NCBI GenBank assembly: GCA_965205505.1
Contig: CBDBHB010000008.1
Location: 1,248,001-1,312,000 of the forward strand
From: Acidobacteriota bacterium
GTDB lineage: Bacteria > Acidobacteriota > UBA890 > WLXD01
Length of the DNA: 64,000 nt
Direction of reading: 5' to 3'
Shown here piece by piece: positions 18,884 to 29,523 of the stretch. Within the stretch, counting starts at the first letter, position 1; each line of letters opens with the position of its first letter. The notes beneath the pieces were generated by a model. It saw only the letters and a program-made list of their open reading frames with translations, made no database searches and was not told where the DNA came from. Made by a program: the position numbers and the translations under genes.

Positions 18884-19405
18884 TCAGTGCTCGAGCTCGA
18901 GGATGGCCGGCTTCCATGCCATCGGGTCGGACGCCACACCGTGTGCCGGGCTCACTACCTCGAGTCGATGAGGGACGAAACGCACCAGGACGTAGTCGTC
19001 GCCGCGGTTGCCTTCGACGTAGAACTCGTCCCACTCCGGCTTCCATCGCCGTGCCTTTTCGTCGCCATCGGTGATCACCCGCGCCACCCCGGTCAGGGTC
19101 GCGTAGGCGCCGCCCTGCGCGTCGAGGTAGTAGAGCGTGGCGCGCGGATCGTTGGCCAGCTCGCGTACCTTTCGGGTCGATTTGTTGGTCGCCATCCACA
19201 CGGTGAAGTCGTCGTCAGCTGGAAAGGGCTCCATGGTTCGTGCCTGCGGCGCGCCGTCGGCATCGAGGGTGATCAGGGCGCAGTACCGTGCCGCCGCCAT
19301 CACGGCGCGCGCCGCCTCGACGATGCGGTCGAGTTCTGGATCAGGCTGCTGCAAGCCGGCCCCCAGAAACACCGACGCCACAGCCACCGCGAGAGCGCGC
19401 ATCAC
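18884..19405 (-). CDS. Pyridoxamine 5'-phosphate oxidase-like FMN-binding protein with signal peptide
   Basis: LITLDADGAPQARTM, WMATNKSTRKVRELANDPRATL. Confidence 0.8.
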   Translation of the reverse strand: MMRALAVAVASVFLGAGLQQPDPELDRIVEAARAVMAAARYCALITLDADGAPQARTMEPFPADDDFTVWMATNKSTRKVRELANDPRATLYYLDAQGGAYATLTGVARVITDGDEKARRWKPEWDEFYVEGNRGDDYVLVRFVPHRLEVVSPAHGVASDPMAWKPAILELEH

Positions 19406-20895
19406 TCAGCTCCACCCCCCGTCGCCCGGACCTCGCCGATCGCTGCGCGAATGTCCTCCAGCGCCATACGCAGGCGATCCGCGTGAGCCCTGAGCGGCAA
19501 CACGCAAATACGAATCACGAAACGGGCATCGAGCCGCGTGCCGGTTAGATAGACGCGCTTGCGGGAGTTGATCCGCGCCATCAAGCGCTGGTTGAGCGCG
19601 TCGAGCTCTTGGTCGGACAGTCCCGGTACCTTCAAGCGCCAGGCAAGTATGGTCAGCTGGGGTTCGGCGACGATCTCGACGTCGTCGATCTCGCGCAGGC
19701 GAGCCGTTATCCAGTCCGTGAGCTCGAACTTCTCCTGCAGGGCGTCCCGATACGGCGCGATGCCGTGACGCTTCAACGGCAGCCATACCTTGAGACCACG
19801 AAACTCGCGCGAGAGCTCCGGTGAGATCTCACAGAAATCGACAAGATCGGGTTCGGCTTGGAGCGGTGGCAAGTAGTCTGCGCTGGCTGAGTGCGCTCGC
19901 CGCAACGCTTCGCCGTCGCGCACCAGCAGGCTGCCGACGCCGTATGGCACGAACAAGCTCTTGTGCGGATCCAGCACTACCGAGTCGGCGCGGCCAAGGC
20001 CCTGCAGAACCTGCCTACCGCGCTCTGTAAGCGCAAAGAACCCGCCATACGAGGCATCGACGTGAAGCCAAAGGCGCTCCGCCTCGCACAGGTCCGCGAC
20101 CTCGTCGAGCGGATCCACTGCGCCGGAGTTCGTGGTTCCCGCACTCGCCGCGACAAGAAACGGTGTGCGTCCGGCGTCGCGATCCGCGCGGACGGCGCGG
20201 CGCAGCGTGTCTGGACGCATTCGATAGCGTTCGTCGGTCGGCAGGGAGCGCACCGATTCGGCCGGAAAGCCCGCCAGCAAAGCCGCCTTGAGCACGCTGT
20301 GATGTACCTGATCGGACGTGTAGATGACGCCGTTCAGGAAGTGCGCCGGCAGCCGCTCTCGGCGCGCCGTGACTAACGCGCTGAAGTTCGCCAACGAGCC
20401 GCCGCTGGTGAGAAACCCACCGGCCTCGGGCGGATAGCCGATGATCTGCGCGAACCACTCAACGACGTTGGCCTCGATCTTCGCCATCACCGGCCCGCCT
20501 GCGAAGACGCCCATGTAGCGGTTGACCGAGTCGTTGATGAACGAGGCGAGGGCCGACTCGAAGACGGCGTTGCCGTTGACATAGGCGAAGTAGCCCGGGG
20601 ACGCGGTGTTCAGCGATCGGGGGATCGCCTCATCGAACAGCAGGTCGAGCAGCTCGTCGAAAGGCGTGCCTTCCAGCGGGAGCGGTTCGTCGAGCGTACG
20701 AGCGAACTCGGTGGCGCCTTCTGTATTGGAGGCGGGCTGCTCGGCAAACGACATTACGTGCGGCACGACTCGCGCCACCGTAGCGTCGATGAGGGCCCGT
20801 ATCTCGGCCTCGTCGGGCTCGAGAGGCCAGGATTTTCCTGCCGCCGACGTTCGCGGGGCTGTACCTCGAATGTCGTCGTCGTGTGCTTCGGACAC
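19402..20895 (-). CDS. Group II PLP-dependent (aromatic amino acid-type) decarboxylase
   Basis: TSGGSLAN, GTTNSGAVD, WLHVDASYGG, DPHK PLP lysine. Confidence 0.9.
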   Translation of the reverse strand: MSEAHDDDIRGTAPRTSAAGKSWPLEPDEAEIRALIDATVARVVPHVMSFAEQPASNTEGATEFARTLDEPLPLEGTPFDELLDLLFDEAIPRSLNTASPGYFAYVNGNAVFESALASFINDSVNRYMGVFAGGPVMAKIEANVVEWFAQIIGYPPEAGGFLTSGGSLANFSALVTARRERLPAHFLNGVIYTSDQVHHSVLKAALLAGFPAESVRSLPTDERYRMRPDTLRRAVRADRDAGRTPFLVAASAGTTNSGAVDPLDEVADLCEAERLWLHVDASYGGFFALTERGRQVLQGLGRADSVVLDPHKSLFVPYGVGSLLVRDGEALRRAHSASADYLPPLQAEPDLVDFCEISPELSREFRGLKVWLPLKRHGIAPYRDALQEKFELTDWITARLREIDDVEIVAEPQLTILAWRLKVPGLSDQELDALNQRLMARINSRKRVYLTGTRLDARFVIRICVLPLRAHADRLRMALEDIRAAIGEVRATGGGAE

Positions 20896-21107
20896 CGCCG
20901 CTCCGTCTACAAAGCAACGGCCGCCGAACCGCCGGCGACCTCACTACGGACCCAAGATGATCGGATGCTACCACGGCGCTCGGTATCGGCCGGCGCGGTA
21001 CCTGCTGAGCGTTCCCTGCGTAAGCAGGCGGGTGAAGTCGGCGGCGCTCGACAACCTCTCACTAGAGGACCCGGCAGGATGCGGGGCTTGGCGTCGCTTC
21101 CGCCCGA

Positions 21108-21623
21108 TCAGTTTTCCTCTATTGCCATCGGAGTGGGGGGACCATCGGCGTTGAACATGTCGGCATCGACCAGCCAGGCTCCGTCGGCATGTTTTCTCCA
21201 GATCGTGATGTACTTGCCGTCGATCTGCACCAGCTCACCGTCCGGGCCTTCCAGCTGCATCTGGTATGTGCCTAGGGTGTAGCCGAGATCGCCGCTGCTT
21301 CCCACCTGTGCGAACGTCGGGGACCACCGGATCGAGAAGCCCGGGGTGGCCTCGAGCCCGGCAATGGCGGAACGGATCGCAGCCTTACCAATCGCCTGGG
21401 GCGCACCCGGCGGGAGGAGATACGCGCCGTCGGCAACCATATCCACAAACACGTCGGGCGGGCTGTCGCTCGTCGAGTAGGCCGCGGACCAGCCGCGGTC
21501 GGCCCTCATCAACGATTCTCGCTCCGCCTCCAGGTCCAGTTCAGGTGCCGGTACCAAACCTGGGGCAGCGCAACCCCACGCCAACATCAAGAGGTCCGAG
21601 GTCATGGAAAAAAGCAGCCGCAT
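21108..21623 (-). CDS. DUF4440/SnoaL-like (NTF2-fold) putative lipoprotein
   Basis: SGDLGYTLGTY, GKYITIWRKHADGAW; lipobox-like AWGC. Confidence 0.75.
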   Translation of the reverse strand: MRLLFSMTSDLLMLAWGCAAPGLVPAPELDLEAERESLMRADRGWSAAYSTSDSPPDVFVDMVADGAYLLPPGAPQAIGKAAIRSAIAGLEATPGFSIRWSPTFAQVGSSGDLGYTLGTYQMQLEGPDGELVQIDGKYITIWRKHADGAWLVDADMFNADGPPTPMAIEEN

Positions 21624-21805
21624 GAAACACCTTCCCCGGGGGGGGGGGGCTCCGGATTCGTGCCGTAAAGCCTGCACCTCGCAAGTTTCTATTGTGAGTA
21701 CGTTTCGGGTTGTGCCGTGCCAATCGTCACTTGTCACGAGGTTGATTCTCCGCGGCGGGGGCTGTTGGGCTGGGCCCCGGGGCACTTCTCCTACCGTTCG
21801 AGCCC

Positions 21806-22234
21806 ATGCCTGAGCGCAGATTCTTCGTCGATCCTCGTAGCCCGTATGGCGGCCCTGCCACGTTCGAGGTCGAGGATGACGGCGAGGTCGTCTGGCGCCT
21901 GTTCGAGTGCAACAGAGTCTTTCTGGCAGAGCATCCCGAGGCCGCGCCTGCCGAAGTGGGCGAGGCCCCGCCAGGCACCACACTCTGCGATGCGAGCACC
22001 ATCGACGGTAACGGCATCCGGATCAGATGCGCTTCAGACTGGCTGGACCAAGACCGGCCCCGGCCATCCTTGCCAACGCTTCGAGCCGGTCAGCAGGTTG
22101 TGCTGCTCTTGGACCGACAGCAGATCAACCGAGTTGATTTTGTGGTCCGCGAGGCCAACGCGAAGACCGTGTTGCTCCGCCCCATCAATCTCGAAAATGG
22201 GGAACCGGCGGAGGTAGAGAACCGGGTGGAGTAG
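21806..22234 (+). CDS. Hypothetical protein
   Basis: 142-aa ORF with plausible composition filling the gap; no motif recognised. Confidence 0.45.
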   Translation: MPERRFFVDPRSPYGGPATFEVEDDGEVVWRLFECNRVFLAEHPEAAPAEVGEAPPGTTLCDASTIDGNGIRIRCASDWLDQDRPRPSLPTLRAGQQVVLLLDRQQINRVDFVVREANAKTVLLRPINLENGEPAEVENRVE

Positions 22235-22407
22235 CCGGGCCGGCGGCGGGGTCAAACCGGAGGGCGATTGCTCACGCCGCCACCCCCGAAGTCGAGATGC
22301 GGATGCCATCGAGGTGGACGATCTGCGTGTCGAGCGTAGGCGTCATGCACCGGCGGGTAGCACCTACACCACCTCCGCGTGGAGCCACGCTGGGTCTGGT
22401 GGGTAGC

Positions 22408-23646
22408 TCAGGGCTGAGCGAGAAACGGATCCGATTCGTCTGGGCACTCTGGTGCCATCACGACGAGCTGCGGCCTGAGCGTGTGAAGCACCTCGACGGT
22501 CGGGCCTTGGGCTTCGAGAACATCGGGCAGCCGTCGGTAGGCAAGCGGCGATTCGTCAAGGTCACCGCCGAACACGAACACGTCGCGCTCTCGGATCCAC
22601 GCCTTCACCTCATCGAGGTCGATGGCCGGCGACCGCATCTGCTTACCACGCCGATTTCGACCCGTGGCCGCTCCCCGCGACATCACGCGCCCGGCGCCGT
22701 GAACCGTCGAGAACATCGCAGCTTCCATCTCTCGATAAACGGTGTCGTCCTCCTGACCGGCAGCGCTCCCCTTCAGGATCACGGCGTCATCCCCCATGCT
22801 GCCGCCGACGAACCCTCGCTGACCTGGGTAGGCGGGCGTCGCACCCTTGCGGACCACCACTAGCTCCCCCTCCTCCTCGATTTGAGTTTCCCGCCAAGCG
22901 AAGTTGTGGTTGTTATGGACCACGTCCAGAACCTCGGCGCTGAGCATCTTCGCCACGGCCCGACAGACCCACTCCCGACCGGCGTGTGCATACTCGCCCG
23001 CGAGCTGCATCAGATCCCAATAATCTTGACCCGCTCGCGTGTCGAGCGACAGAAGCGCCGTACCTTCTTCGCCACGTTCGCCCCAGCCTTTGCCGTCAGC
23101 AAGCGCCAAGCCGGCCATCGCGATGTGGTAACCGAAGCCACGCGACCCGAAGTGGACCCCGACCCAGACATCCCCGTCCTCGTCCACGAACAGGTCCACG
23201 TAGTGATTGCCTGAGCCGACCGTGCCGAGCTGTCGACGCGCCCGGGCTCGCAGCTCTTCGCGGGTCCAGGTGCGCTTCCGCGTCTTGACCTTCTCGGGGA
23301 CGATGTCCCAGCGGTCGTCGGAGAAGATCGGGTGATCGACAGGCGCGTCGGGATGATCGTTTCGCCCGCCCACACCGAAGCAAATCGTTCGGTTGATCTC
23401 CTCTCCCAAGTTGAACAACCCCTGTCGGATCGGCAGGTCGACGTCGAGCCTCATAGCGCAGTTGCCGCACGCGATGTCGTAGCCGACCCCCGCCGGACTC
23501 ACCTGATTGCGGAACGCAGCGACCCCTCCCACCGGCATGCCATAGCCCAAGTGGCCGTCCGCCATGATGGCGGTGCGCTCGGCGATTGCATTGAACGTCT
23601 CGAGTTGACCCAGAGTGGCCTTCTCGTGCTCTCCGAATATCTTCAT
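22408..23646 (-). CDS. rtcB: RtcB family RNA ligase
   Basis: VGYDIACG, GSGNHY, HFGSRG, HNFA, RKGAT, HGAGR motifs. Confidence 0.92.
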   Translation of the reverse strand: MKIFGEHEKATLGQLETFNAIAERTAIMADGHLGYGMPVGGVAAFRNQVSPAGVGYDIACGNCAMRLDVDLPIRQGLFNLGEEINRTICFGVGGRNDHPDAPVDHPIFSDDRWDIVPEKVKTRKRTWTREELRARARRQLGTVGSGNHYVDLFVDEDGDVWVGVHFGSRGFGYHIAMAGLALADGKGWGERGEEGTALLSLDTRAGQDYWDLMQLAGEYAHAGREWVCRAVAKMLSAEVLDVVHNNHNFAWRETQIEEEGELVVVRKGATPAYPGQRGFVGGSMGDDAVILKGSAAGQEDDTVYREMEAAMFSTVHGAGRVMSRGAATGRNRRGKQMRSPAIDLDEVKAWIRERDVFVFGGDLDESPLAYRRLPDVLEAQGPTVEVLHTLRPQLVVMAPECPDESDPFLAQP

Positions 23647-23841
23647 CGCTCCACCCTATCGTTCAAGAACCCTCCCCATCGGGCCACGTTGGGTTCTGTC
23701 GTGCTGCGGGCTCCGGTGAAGACAGCGCCCTGGCCTGAACCCCGAAATCGGCGAATACCAAACAAATACCAACTTCGGTGGTTTTAGGGGTGTTTTGATA
23801 CCCTTGGAATCCCCCAAACGACGCTGGATTCATTGGATCGT

Positions 23842-24540
23842 ATGTGCGGACGCTTCACGCTTCGGACCCCGGCCAACATCGTCAAGGACGTGTTCGGCCT
23901 CGAGCCATTGCCTGGACTCCGACCACGCTACAACATCGCACCGACGCAGCCGATTGCCGTCGTTCGTGCGGAGGGCGCGAAGCGCCGTTTGCATATGCTG
24001 CGGTGGGGCCTCGTCCCGTGGTGGGCCAAGGACATCTCCATCGGTAACCGCTTGATCAACGCCCGCGCCGAGACCATTGCCACCAAGCCCGCATATCGTG
24101 AGCCGTTCGAGCAACGACGCTGCCTGATTCCCGCCGATGGATTCTACGAGTGGCAGCGCCTCGGCAATGGCCGCAAGCAGCCCTTCCACGTCGATCTTTC
24201 CACCGGGGACCCTTTCGGATTCGCCGGTGTCTGGGATCGTTGGCGCGATCCGGCCAGCGGTGCTGTCACCGAGTCGTGTGCTCTCATCACCATCGAGGCG
24301 AACTCGGTGGTGGCGCCAATCCATCACCGTATGCCAGTAATGCTGACGCCAGCGAGCTTTGCCGCTTGGCTCGAGCGCGATGCGGAACCGGAGAGATTGC
24401 AAGAGCTGCTGTGCCCGATCGCCGGAGAGCGGGTGCGCGTCACGCCAGTGAGCGTCTTGGTCAACCGTCCCGACAACGACGACCCGCGCTGCCTCGACCC
24501 GGTCGTTGCACCGTCGCCGCAGCCCACCTTGTTTGGCTGA
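23842..24540 (+). CDS. SOS response-associated peptidase (SRAP/YedK/HMCES)
   Basis: MCGRF N-terminal Cys, RYNIAPTQ, INARAET, GFYEW, HHRMPV. Confidence 0.92.
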   Translation: MCGRFTLRTPANIVKDVFGLEPLPGLRPRYNIAPTQPIAVVRAEGAKRRLHMLRWGLVPWWAKDISIGNRLINARAETIATKPAYREPFEQRRCLIPADGFYEWQRLGNGRKQPFHVDLSTGDPFGFAGVWDRWRDPASGAVTESCALITIEANSVVAPIHHRMPVMLTPASFAAWLERDAEPERLQELLCPIAGERVRVTPVSVLVNRPDNDDPRCLDPVVAPSPQPTLFG

Positions 24541-24678
24541 GCGTACACGCGGCGCGACATCAAGAACGCGGCTGGCCTCACCCGACCACCGTACTCTCCG
24601 TGAGAGCAGTTCGGGATTGTCCCACCGGCTGGAACCCCCCTATCCTGCGGGCTGTCTCACCTGTTCCCGGAGTCATCA

Positions 24679-25680
24679 ATGGCCGCAGCGCGCCCGAGCA
24701 TCTACACCACCTGCCCCGAGTTCAACCGCGACCGGCCGCGGTCAATCGTCGAGCGCGTCATCGAGACCGCCGAATGGTGTGAGGATCACGGCCATGCCGG
24801 GATGTTGATCCGCTCGAACAATCGCCTCGTAGACCCCTGGACGATCGCCCAACTTCTGCTCCACGAGACCGAATCCCTGCGACCGGTGGTCACCGTCCAG
24901 CCGCTGTACATGCATCCCTACATGGTGGCCAAAAAGGTGGCCACGCTAGCCAGAGTGTACGGCCGCAGCGCGGATCTGTATCTGGTGGCGGACGGCTCGA
25001 CGGCCGATCTCCTGGCGTTGGATGACCGAGTGACACACGACCACCGATATCGCCGCTTGACCGAGTACGCCGAAGTGATCACCGCCCTGCTCACCGCGCA
25101 ACGCCCCGTTACCCACGTTGGCGAATGCTATCGAGTCTACAAACCCGCGACGCTGGCTCCCCTGGCCGACGAGCAAAGGCCTCGCTTCTTCATAGCGGCG
25201 AGCAGGGGCGCGGGGCGACTGGCCGCGCAGGAGCTCGGAGCACGGTCGGTGTCGTCATTGGGTCTCGGCGACGGCGACGACTGCCTCTTGTTGGGACTGG
25301 TGGTTCGCGCCAGTAGTGAAGAAGCTTGGGAAGTAGCCCGAGCGCGCTTCCCCACCGATGCGGCGGGCCGGTTGGCGCACGGCTTGGACATGGCGTGGAG
25401 CGACTCGATCTGGAACGAGCGCCTACGCGGACTGGCCGACTCGAACAGAATCGACAGCGAGGGATTGTGGCTCGGGCCGTTCCAGAATCGCCAGGCGCAC
25501 AGCCCCTATCTCGTCGGCGATACCCGAACCGCGGCGCGTAGGCTACAAAAGGCCCTCGACGCCGGAGCCCGGACCTTCTTCCTCGAACCGCCACATTGTC
25601 GCGCCGATGTCGAGCAGGCCAGCGAGGCGTTCGAGCGCGCCTGGACGCGCTTTCAGTCACCGCTCACACTGACTGCCTGA
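24679..25680 (+). CDS. Luciferase-like (LLM) flavin-dependent monooxygenase
   Basis: VDPWTIAQ, VQPLYMHPYMVAK, RLTEYA, PYLVG; SsuD-like TIM barrel. Confidence 0.78.
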   Translation: MAAARPSIYTTCPEFNRDRPRSIVERVIETAEWCEDHGHAGMLIRSNNRLVDPWTIAQLLLHETESLRPVVTVQPLYMHPYMVAKKVATLARVYGRSADLYLVADGSTADLLALDDRVTHDHRYRRLTEYAEVITALLTAQRPVTHVGECYRVYKPATLAPLADEQRPRFFIAASRGAGRLAAQELGARSVSSLGLGDGDDCLLLGLVVRASSEEAWEVARARFPTDAAGRLAHGLDMAWSDSIWNERLRGLADSNRIDSEGLWLGPFQNRQAHSPYLVGDTRTAARRLQKALDAGARTFFLEPPHCRADVEQASEAFERAWTRFQSPLTLTA

Positions 25681-25701
25681 GCGACGCTGCGACCCGCTAC
25701 G

Positions 25702-26145
25702 TCAGACGCGCGCCTCGATAGCGCCAGTGAGCCGGCTGAGCCCTTGCTTGGTAAGCATACGCGCGGTCATGTCGAGCAGGCGCTGCCCGAGTCCGGCGAG
25801 GCGGCCGCCGACCTGGATGTCGAGCTCATACTCGAGCACGGTGTGTTCACCGTCGTCGTGCAGCCGGATGACCCCACCGCCCTCGATGAACCCAGGACCA
25901 CCGCGTCCTTCCAAGCGCATCGAGCACGACTCCGGGGGACACAGGTCGTCGAGCTTCACACGACCTTCGAAGCTGCCCTGAACAGGGCCGACGCCGAGCG
26001 CCAACGCACCGGCGAACTCGTTCTCCCCCACCCGCTCGAGACGACGAAAGCCTGGCAACGTGTCGGCGAGAACTTCCGGGTCCAGTAGTGATTCCCACAC
26101 GATCTGCCGTGGGGCCGCTATTTTCTGTTTGCCCGACACCTTCAT
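25702..26145 (-). CDS. CoxG-like SRPBCC protein
   Basis: VWESLLDPEVLADTLPG, VGGRLAGLGQRLLD. Confidence 0.85.
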   Translation of the reverse strand: MKVSGKQKIAAPRQIVWESLLDPEVLADTLPGFRRLERVGENEFAGALALGVGPVQGSFEGRVKLDDLCPPESCSMRLEGRGGPGFIEGGGVIRLHDDGEHTVLEYELDIQVGGRLAGLGQRLLDMTARMLTKQGLSRLTGAIEARV

Positions 26146-26207
26146 GACACCTCCATTCTACGTCCCCCGCAGTTCGGGTAGACTGCGCCGGGCGAGGAAG
26201 GAACCCG

Positions 26208-27530
26208 ATGGCCGAGCTGGTGTACAGCATCGATGAGCAGCCGCACCATTGGTGGGAGACGCTACTCTACGGCTGGCAGCATACTCTCGTCGACATCTCC
26301 CCATTCGTTCTTCCGCTGGCGGTGGCCACAGCCATCGGGCTGGATGATGGTGCGCGGGCCGCGCTGATCAACTACTCGCTCATCGCCATGGGGTTGGCGA
26401 CGCTGATTCAAACCACTGTTGGCAACCGACTGCCGATTATTCAGGGACCGTCGGCCACACTCACCGGCACGCTCGCCCCGGTAGGCGCCCAGCTCGGACC
26501 GGCGGCGATGTGGGGCGCAGCGTTCGTCGGCGCGGCGGTCGAGGCGCTCATCGGCAGTACCGGGGCGCTCGGCGCGCTGCGACGTTTCTTCCCGCCCGTA
26601 GTCTCGGGCGTCGTCGTTGTGACCATCGGGTTGTCGCTAGGACAACTCGCGGTGCGGCTGAGCGTTGGCGACGGCAGCGCCAGCAACCTCGGGCTCGCGG
26701 TGGCGACCATCCTGCTTGTGGTGGTGCTGCAGGTGGCTGGCCGTCGTGTCGCCGGGGGTCTGCTGTCGCGCGCCGCCATATTCGTGGCGATCTGGGTCGT
26801 GGGGCTCGGCGGAGGCAGCCTGTTGAACCGCGTCGACTGGAATCTGGTGGCCACGAAGCCCTGGTTTCAAGCACCCCAAGCGTTTCCATTCGGCGGGCCG
26901 GGATTCGGATGGGAGTTTGGCGCCGCAGCGATCGTCGCGGTACTGGCCGGCTACTTCGGATCCATGGTGGAATCGATCGGCGACTATATCGCTACTTGCT
27001 CGGTAATCGACGAGCCGTTTACCAAGCGTCACGTCGACCGCGGCATCGCCGCCGAGGGAGTGGGGTGCCTGCTGGCGCTATCGGTGGGCGGGTTGCCGTG
27101 CACCAGCTATACCCAGAACATCGGCATCATCAAAGTCACCGGTGTCGGCAGCCGGGTCGTCGTTCGTGTAGCTGCGGTAATTCTGCTGCTGTATGGACTG
27201 TGCCCGAAGTTCGGCGCCCTGCTGGTGGCGCTGCCGCGACCGGTGCTCGGTGGCGTATTCGTGATCGTTTGCGGCCTAATCGCGACCACCGGCATCGCCA
27301 TGCTGGCGAGCGCGCGCCAGCACGATGGCGCAATGTTGATCGCCGGCATCACGCTGGTGGTGGCGTTGGGACTGCCAACCTATGCCCAGTCGGTGCTCGG
27401 CCCCGCCTGGCTCGAGTCGCTGCCGCAGCTGGCCGGGCTCCTGGTGACCAACCCGGTTGTGCTGTCGGTGCTGCTGGCGGTAACCCTCAACAGCGCCTTG
27501 CGCGGAAACCCGAACGCTCCCGAAGCGTGA
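26208..27530 (+). CDS. Nucleobase:cation symporter-2 (uracil/xanthine permease)
   Basis: QH motif in TM1, RLPIIQGPS, ESIGD, signature TSYTQNIGIIKVTGVGSR. Confidence 0.9.
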   Translation: MAELVYSIDEQPHHWWETLLYGWQHTLVDISPFVLPLAVATAIGLDDGARAALINYSLIAMGLATLIQTTVGNRLPIIQGPSATLTGTLAPVGAQLGPAAMWGAAFVGAAVEALIGSTGALGALRRFFPPVVSGVVVVTIGLSLGQLAVRLSVGDGSASNLGLAVATILLVVVLQVAGRRVAGGLLSRAAIFVAIWVVGLGGGSLLNRVDWNLVATKPWFQAPQAFPFGGPGFGWEFGAAAIVAVLAGYFGSMVESIGDYIATCSVIDEPFTKRHVDRGIAAEGVGCLLALSVGGLPCTSYTQNIGIIKVTGVGSRVVVRVAAVILLLYGLCPKFGALLVALPRPVLGGVFVIVCGLIATTGIAMLASARQHDGAMLIAGITLVVALGLPTYAQSVLGPAWLESLPQLAGLLVTNPVVLSVLLAVTLNSALRGNPNAPEA

Positions 27531-27541
27531 CCACAAGCACA

Positions 27542-28060
27542 CTAGGGAATCCGTAGATCGACGGCGCTACAGCTGACCGCGTAGCCGAGGGCGCGCTTGG
27601 TTGTCGGAAAGACGCGCGCCGCAGCGATTCCCATTGCGAGCTCGACCAAGCCGGGTTCTCCGTACCGCTCGCGCAATCGCTCGCGATGTGGACCCTCGGC
27701 TCCACTACCAGCGACGACCGCTGTGGCAAAGGCATAGGCGTCGCCCCCGCCATCGGGCAGGTCACCAGGGCGTCCCTCGAGAACCGCCCGAACCGTATCG
27801 GCCGACACTCCGTTCTGAAGCGCCAGGTTCACTTCGATCTGGACGCAGCTACCACAGTCTTCGGTCTGCGCTGCGACCAGCCGCGCCACCCAATAGGGCA
27901 TGGCTGGAAGTTGCTTGCGATGCTCGGCCATCGGCATGAACAACCCGAACTTGAGCGCCGCCGGTATCGATGCGCGAATCATGTGGCGAACGTACTCGAG
28001 CGATTCCCCGAGCTTGCGCTCCTGGCGGTCCACGCTGCGCAACATGAGCCGACGGATCAT
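27542..28060 (-). CDS. AhpD/carboxymuconolactone decarboxylase-like protein
   Basis: EDCGSCVQ CxxC helix motif; ATGA overlap with amidase. Confidence 0.6.
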   Translation of the reverse strand: MIRRLMLRSVDRQERKLGESLEYVRHMIRASIPAALKFGLFMPMAEHRKQLPAMPYWVARLVAAQTEDCGSCVQIEVNLALQNGVSADTVRAVLEGRPGDLPDGGGDAYAFATAVVAGSGAEGPHRERLRERYGEPGLVELAMGIAAARVFPTTKRALGYAVSCSAVDLRIP

Positions 28061-29469
28061 GGTTCGAGCAGTGCGGGAACCCCGATCGGCCGCAGCGCTT
28101 GTACCGCGGCCGCTGCCGACAGGGCGTGGCCCTCGCCTCCCGGACCAGCGACAATCTGCAACCCCACCGGTAAACCGCTGGCGTCGAGGCCTGCCGGAAC
28201 CGACGCCACGGGCAATCCCGCCAGGCTCAGCAGGAATGTCGGGGCGAGCCAGTCGATGTAGGTCTCCATCGGCTTGCCGGCAATGGTCTCCGGGTAGTTC
28301 TGCTCGACCGCGAAGGGGGATATTGCCATCGTTGGGGTGAGCAGGTGATCGAAGTGACGAAACAGTTGACGGAACTGCTCCCACACGCGCCCACGGACCT
28401 GCTCTGCGGACGCGAAGTCCATCACCGCGGTCGCCAGGCCGGCCTCGACGTTGTTGCGTAGGTTGTCGCCGAACTCGGCGCGGCGCTCGAGACGGGCATA
28501 CTGTTGCGCCACCATCCAGTAGCCGCGTAGCGCCAAGAACGCCGGACGTGCGTACGAGAGATCGAGATCGATCTCTTCAACGGTTGCTCCGGCGGCGGCC
28601 AGGGCATCGATCGCTCCGCGGCACACACGGTCTACCTCGGGGTCGATGCCGATCGAGGCAACATCGCCGCAGTATGCCAGCCGCATCCCCTTCACCGGGC
28701 GGCTCTGGACCAGTTCCACGAAGTCGCGATAGTCGATCGACTCGCCGATGGGCACGAACGGGCTCGGCCCCGCCACTGCCTGCAATGCCATTGCCAGGTC
28801 CTCGGCAGTGCGCGCCATGAGACCGGTGACTTGCAGCGTGTCCCAGGGATAGTCGGATGGCCATGTCGGCACCAAACCGGGGGTTGGTCGGATGCCGACA
28901 ACGCCACAAAACGACGCCGGAATGCGCAGCGAGCCGCCCAGATCGGTCCCCTCGGCCATATCGATCATGCCGGTCGCCAGCGCTGCTGCCCCACCCCCGG
29001 TCGATCCGCCGGCCGACAGTTCCGGATTCCACGGATTACGGGTAGCACCAAACACCTCGTTGAACGTATTGCCGCCGGTAGCGAACTCCGGCGTGTTGGT
29101 CTTGCCGAGGACGATGGCACCGGCGTCGCGAAGCCGCTGCACGACGACCGCATCGACCTCGGCGATATTGTCGGCGTAGAGCGGGCTGCCGTAAGTATGG
29201 CGTAGGCCGCGTACGGGGGTAACATCTTTGATCCCCACCGGCAAGCCGCAGAGCGGGCCGGCCTCCTCCCCGCTGGCCAGCCGTGCCTCGAGGTCGCGGG
29301 CCTGATCCATTGCGGTATCCGACAGGGTCACCAGAGCGTTGAGGGCCGGACTCAACGCCTCGACACGGCGCAACGCGGTCTCGATCACCTCTACCGGAGA
29401 TTGCTCGCCGGCGGCGATCCGTCGAACGGTCTCACACGCACTCGGTAGCGAGGGTCCGTCCGAGCTCAT
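28057..29469 (-). CDS. Amidase (amidase-signature family)
   Basis: PVGIKD, GKTNTPEF, GGSTGG, GTDLGGSLRIPA. Confidence 0.92.
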   Translation of the reverse strand: MSSDGPSLPSACETVRRIAAGEQSPVEVIETALRRVEALSPALNALVTLSDTAMDQARDLEARLASGEEAGPLCGLPVGIKDVTPVRGLRHTYGSPLYADNIAEVDAVVVQRLRDAGAIVLGKTNTPEFATGGNTFNEVFGATRNPWNPELSAGGSTGGGAAALATGMIDMAEGTDLGGSLRIPASFCGVVGIRPTPGLVPTWPSDYPWDTLQVTGLMARTAEDLAMALQAVAGPSPFVPIGESIDYRDFVELVQSRPVKGMRLAYCGDVASIGIDPEVDRVCRGAIDALAAAGATVEEIDLDLSYARPAFLALRGYWMVAQQYARLERRAEFGDNLRNNVEAGLATAVMDFASAEQVRGRVWEQFRQLFRHFDHLLTPTMAISPFAVEQNYPETIAGKPMETYIDWLAPTFLLSLAGLPVASVPAGLDASGLPVGLQIVAGPGGEGHALSAAAAVQALRPIGVPALLEP

Positions 29470-29523
29470 GCCGATCCTCTCCCGTGCTGGTGTCTGCTCC
29501 TAGCAGCGTGCTGAAGCACCCTG

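Noticed and set aside
21633-21652. Poly-G tract as a phase-variation switch
   Set aside because: Single intergenic homopolymer just upstream of a lipoprotein start; length unreliable and no further support
22235-22407. tRNA or Y-RNA next to rtcB
   Set aside because: No cloverleaf, T-arm GTTCRA or CCA end recognisable; only a 24-codon minus-strand ORF with no support
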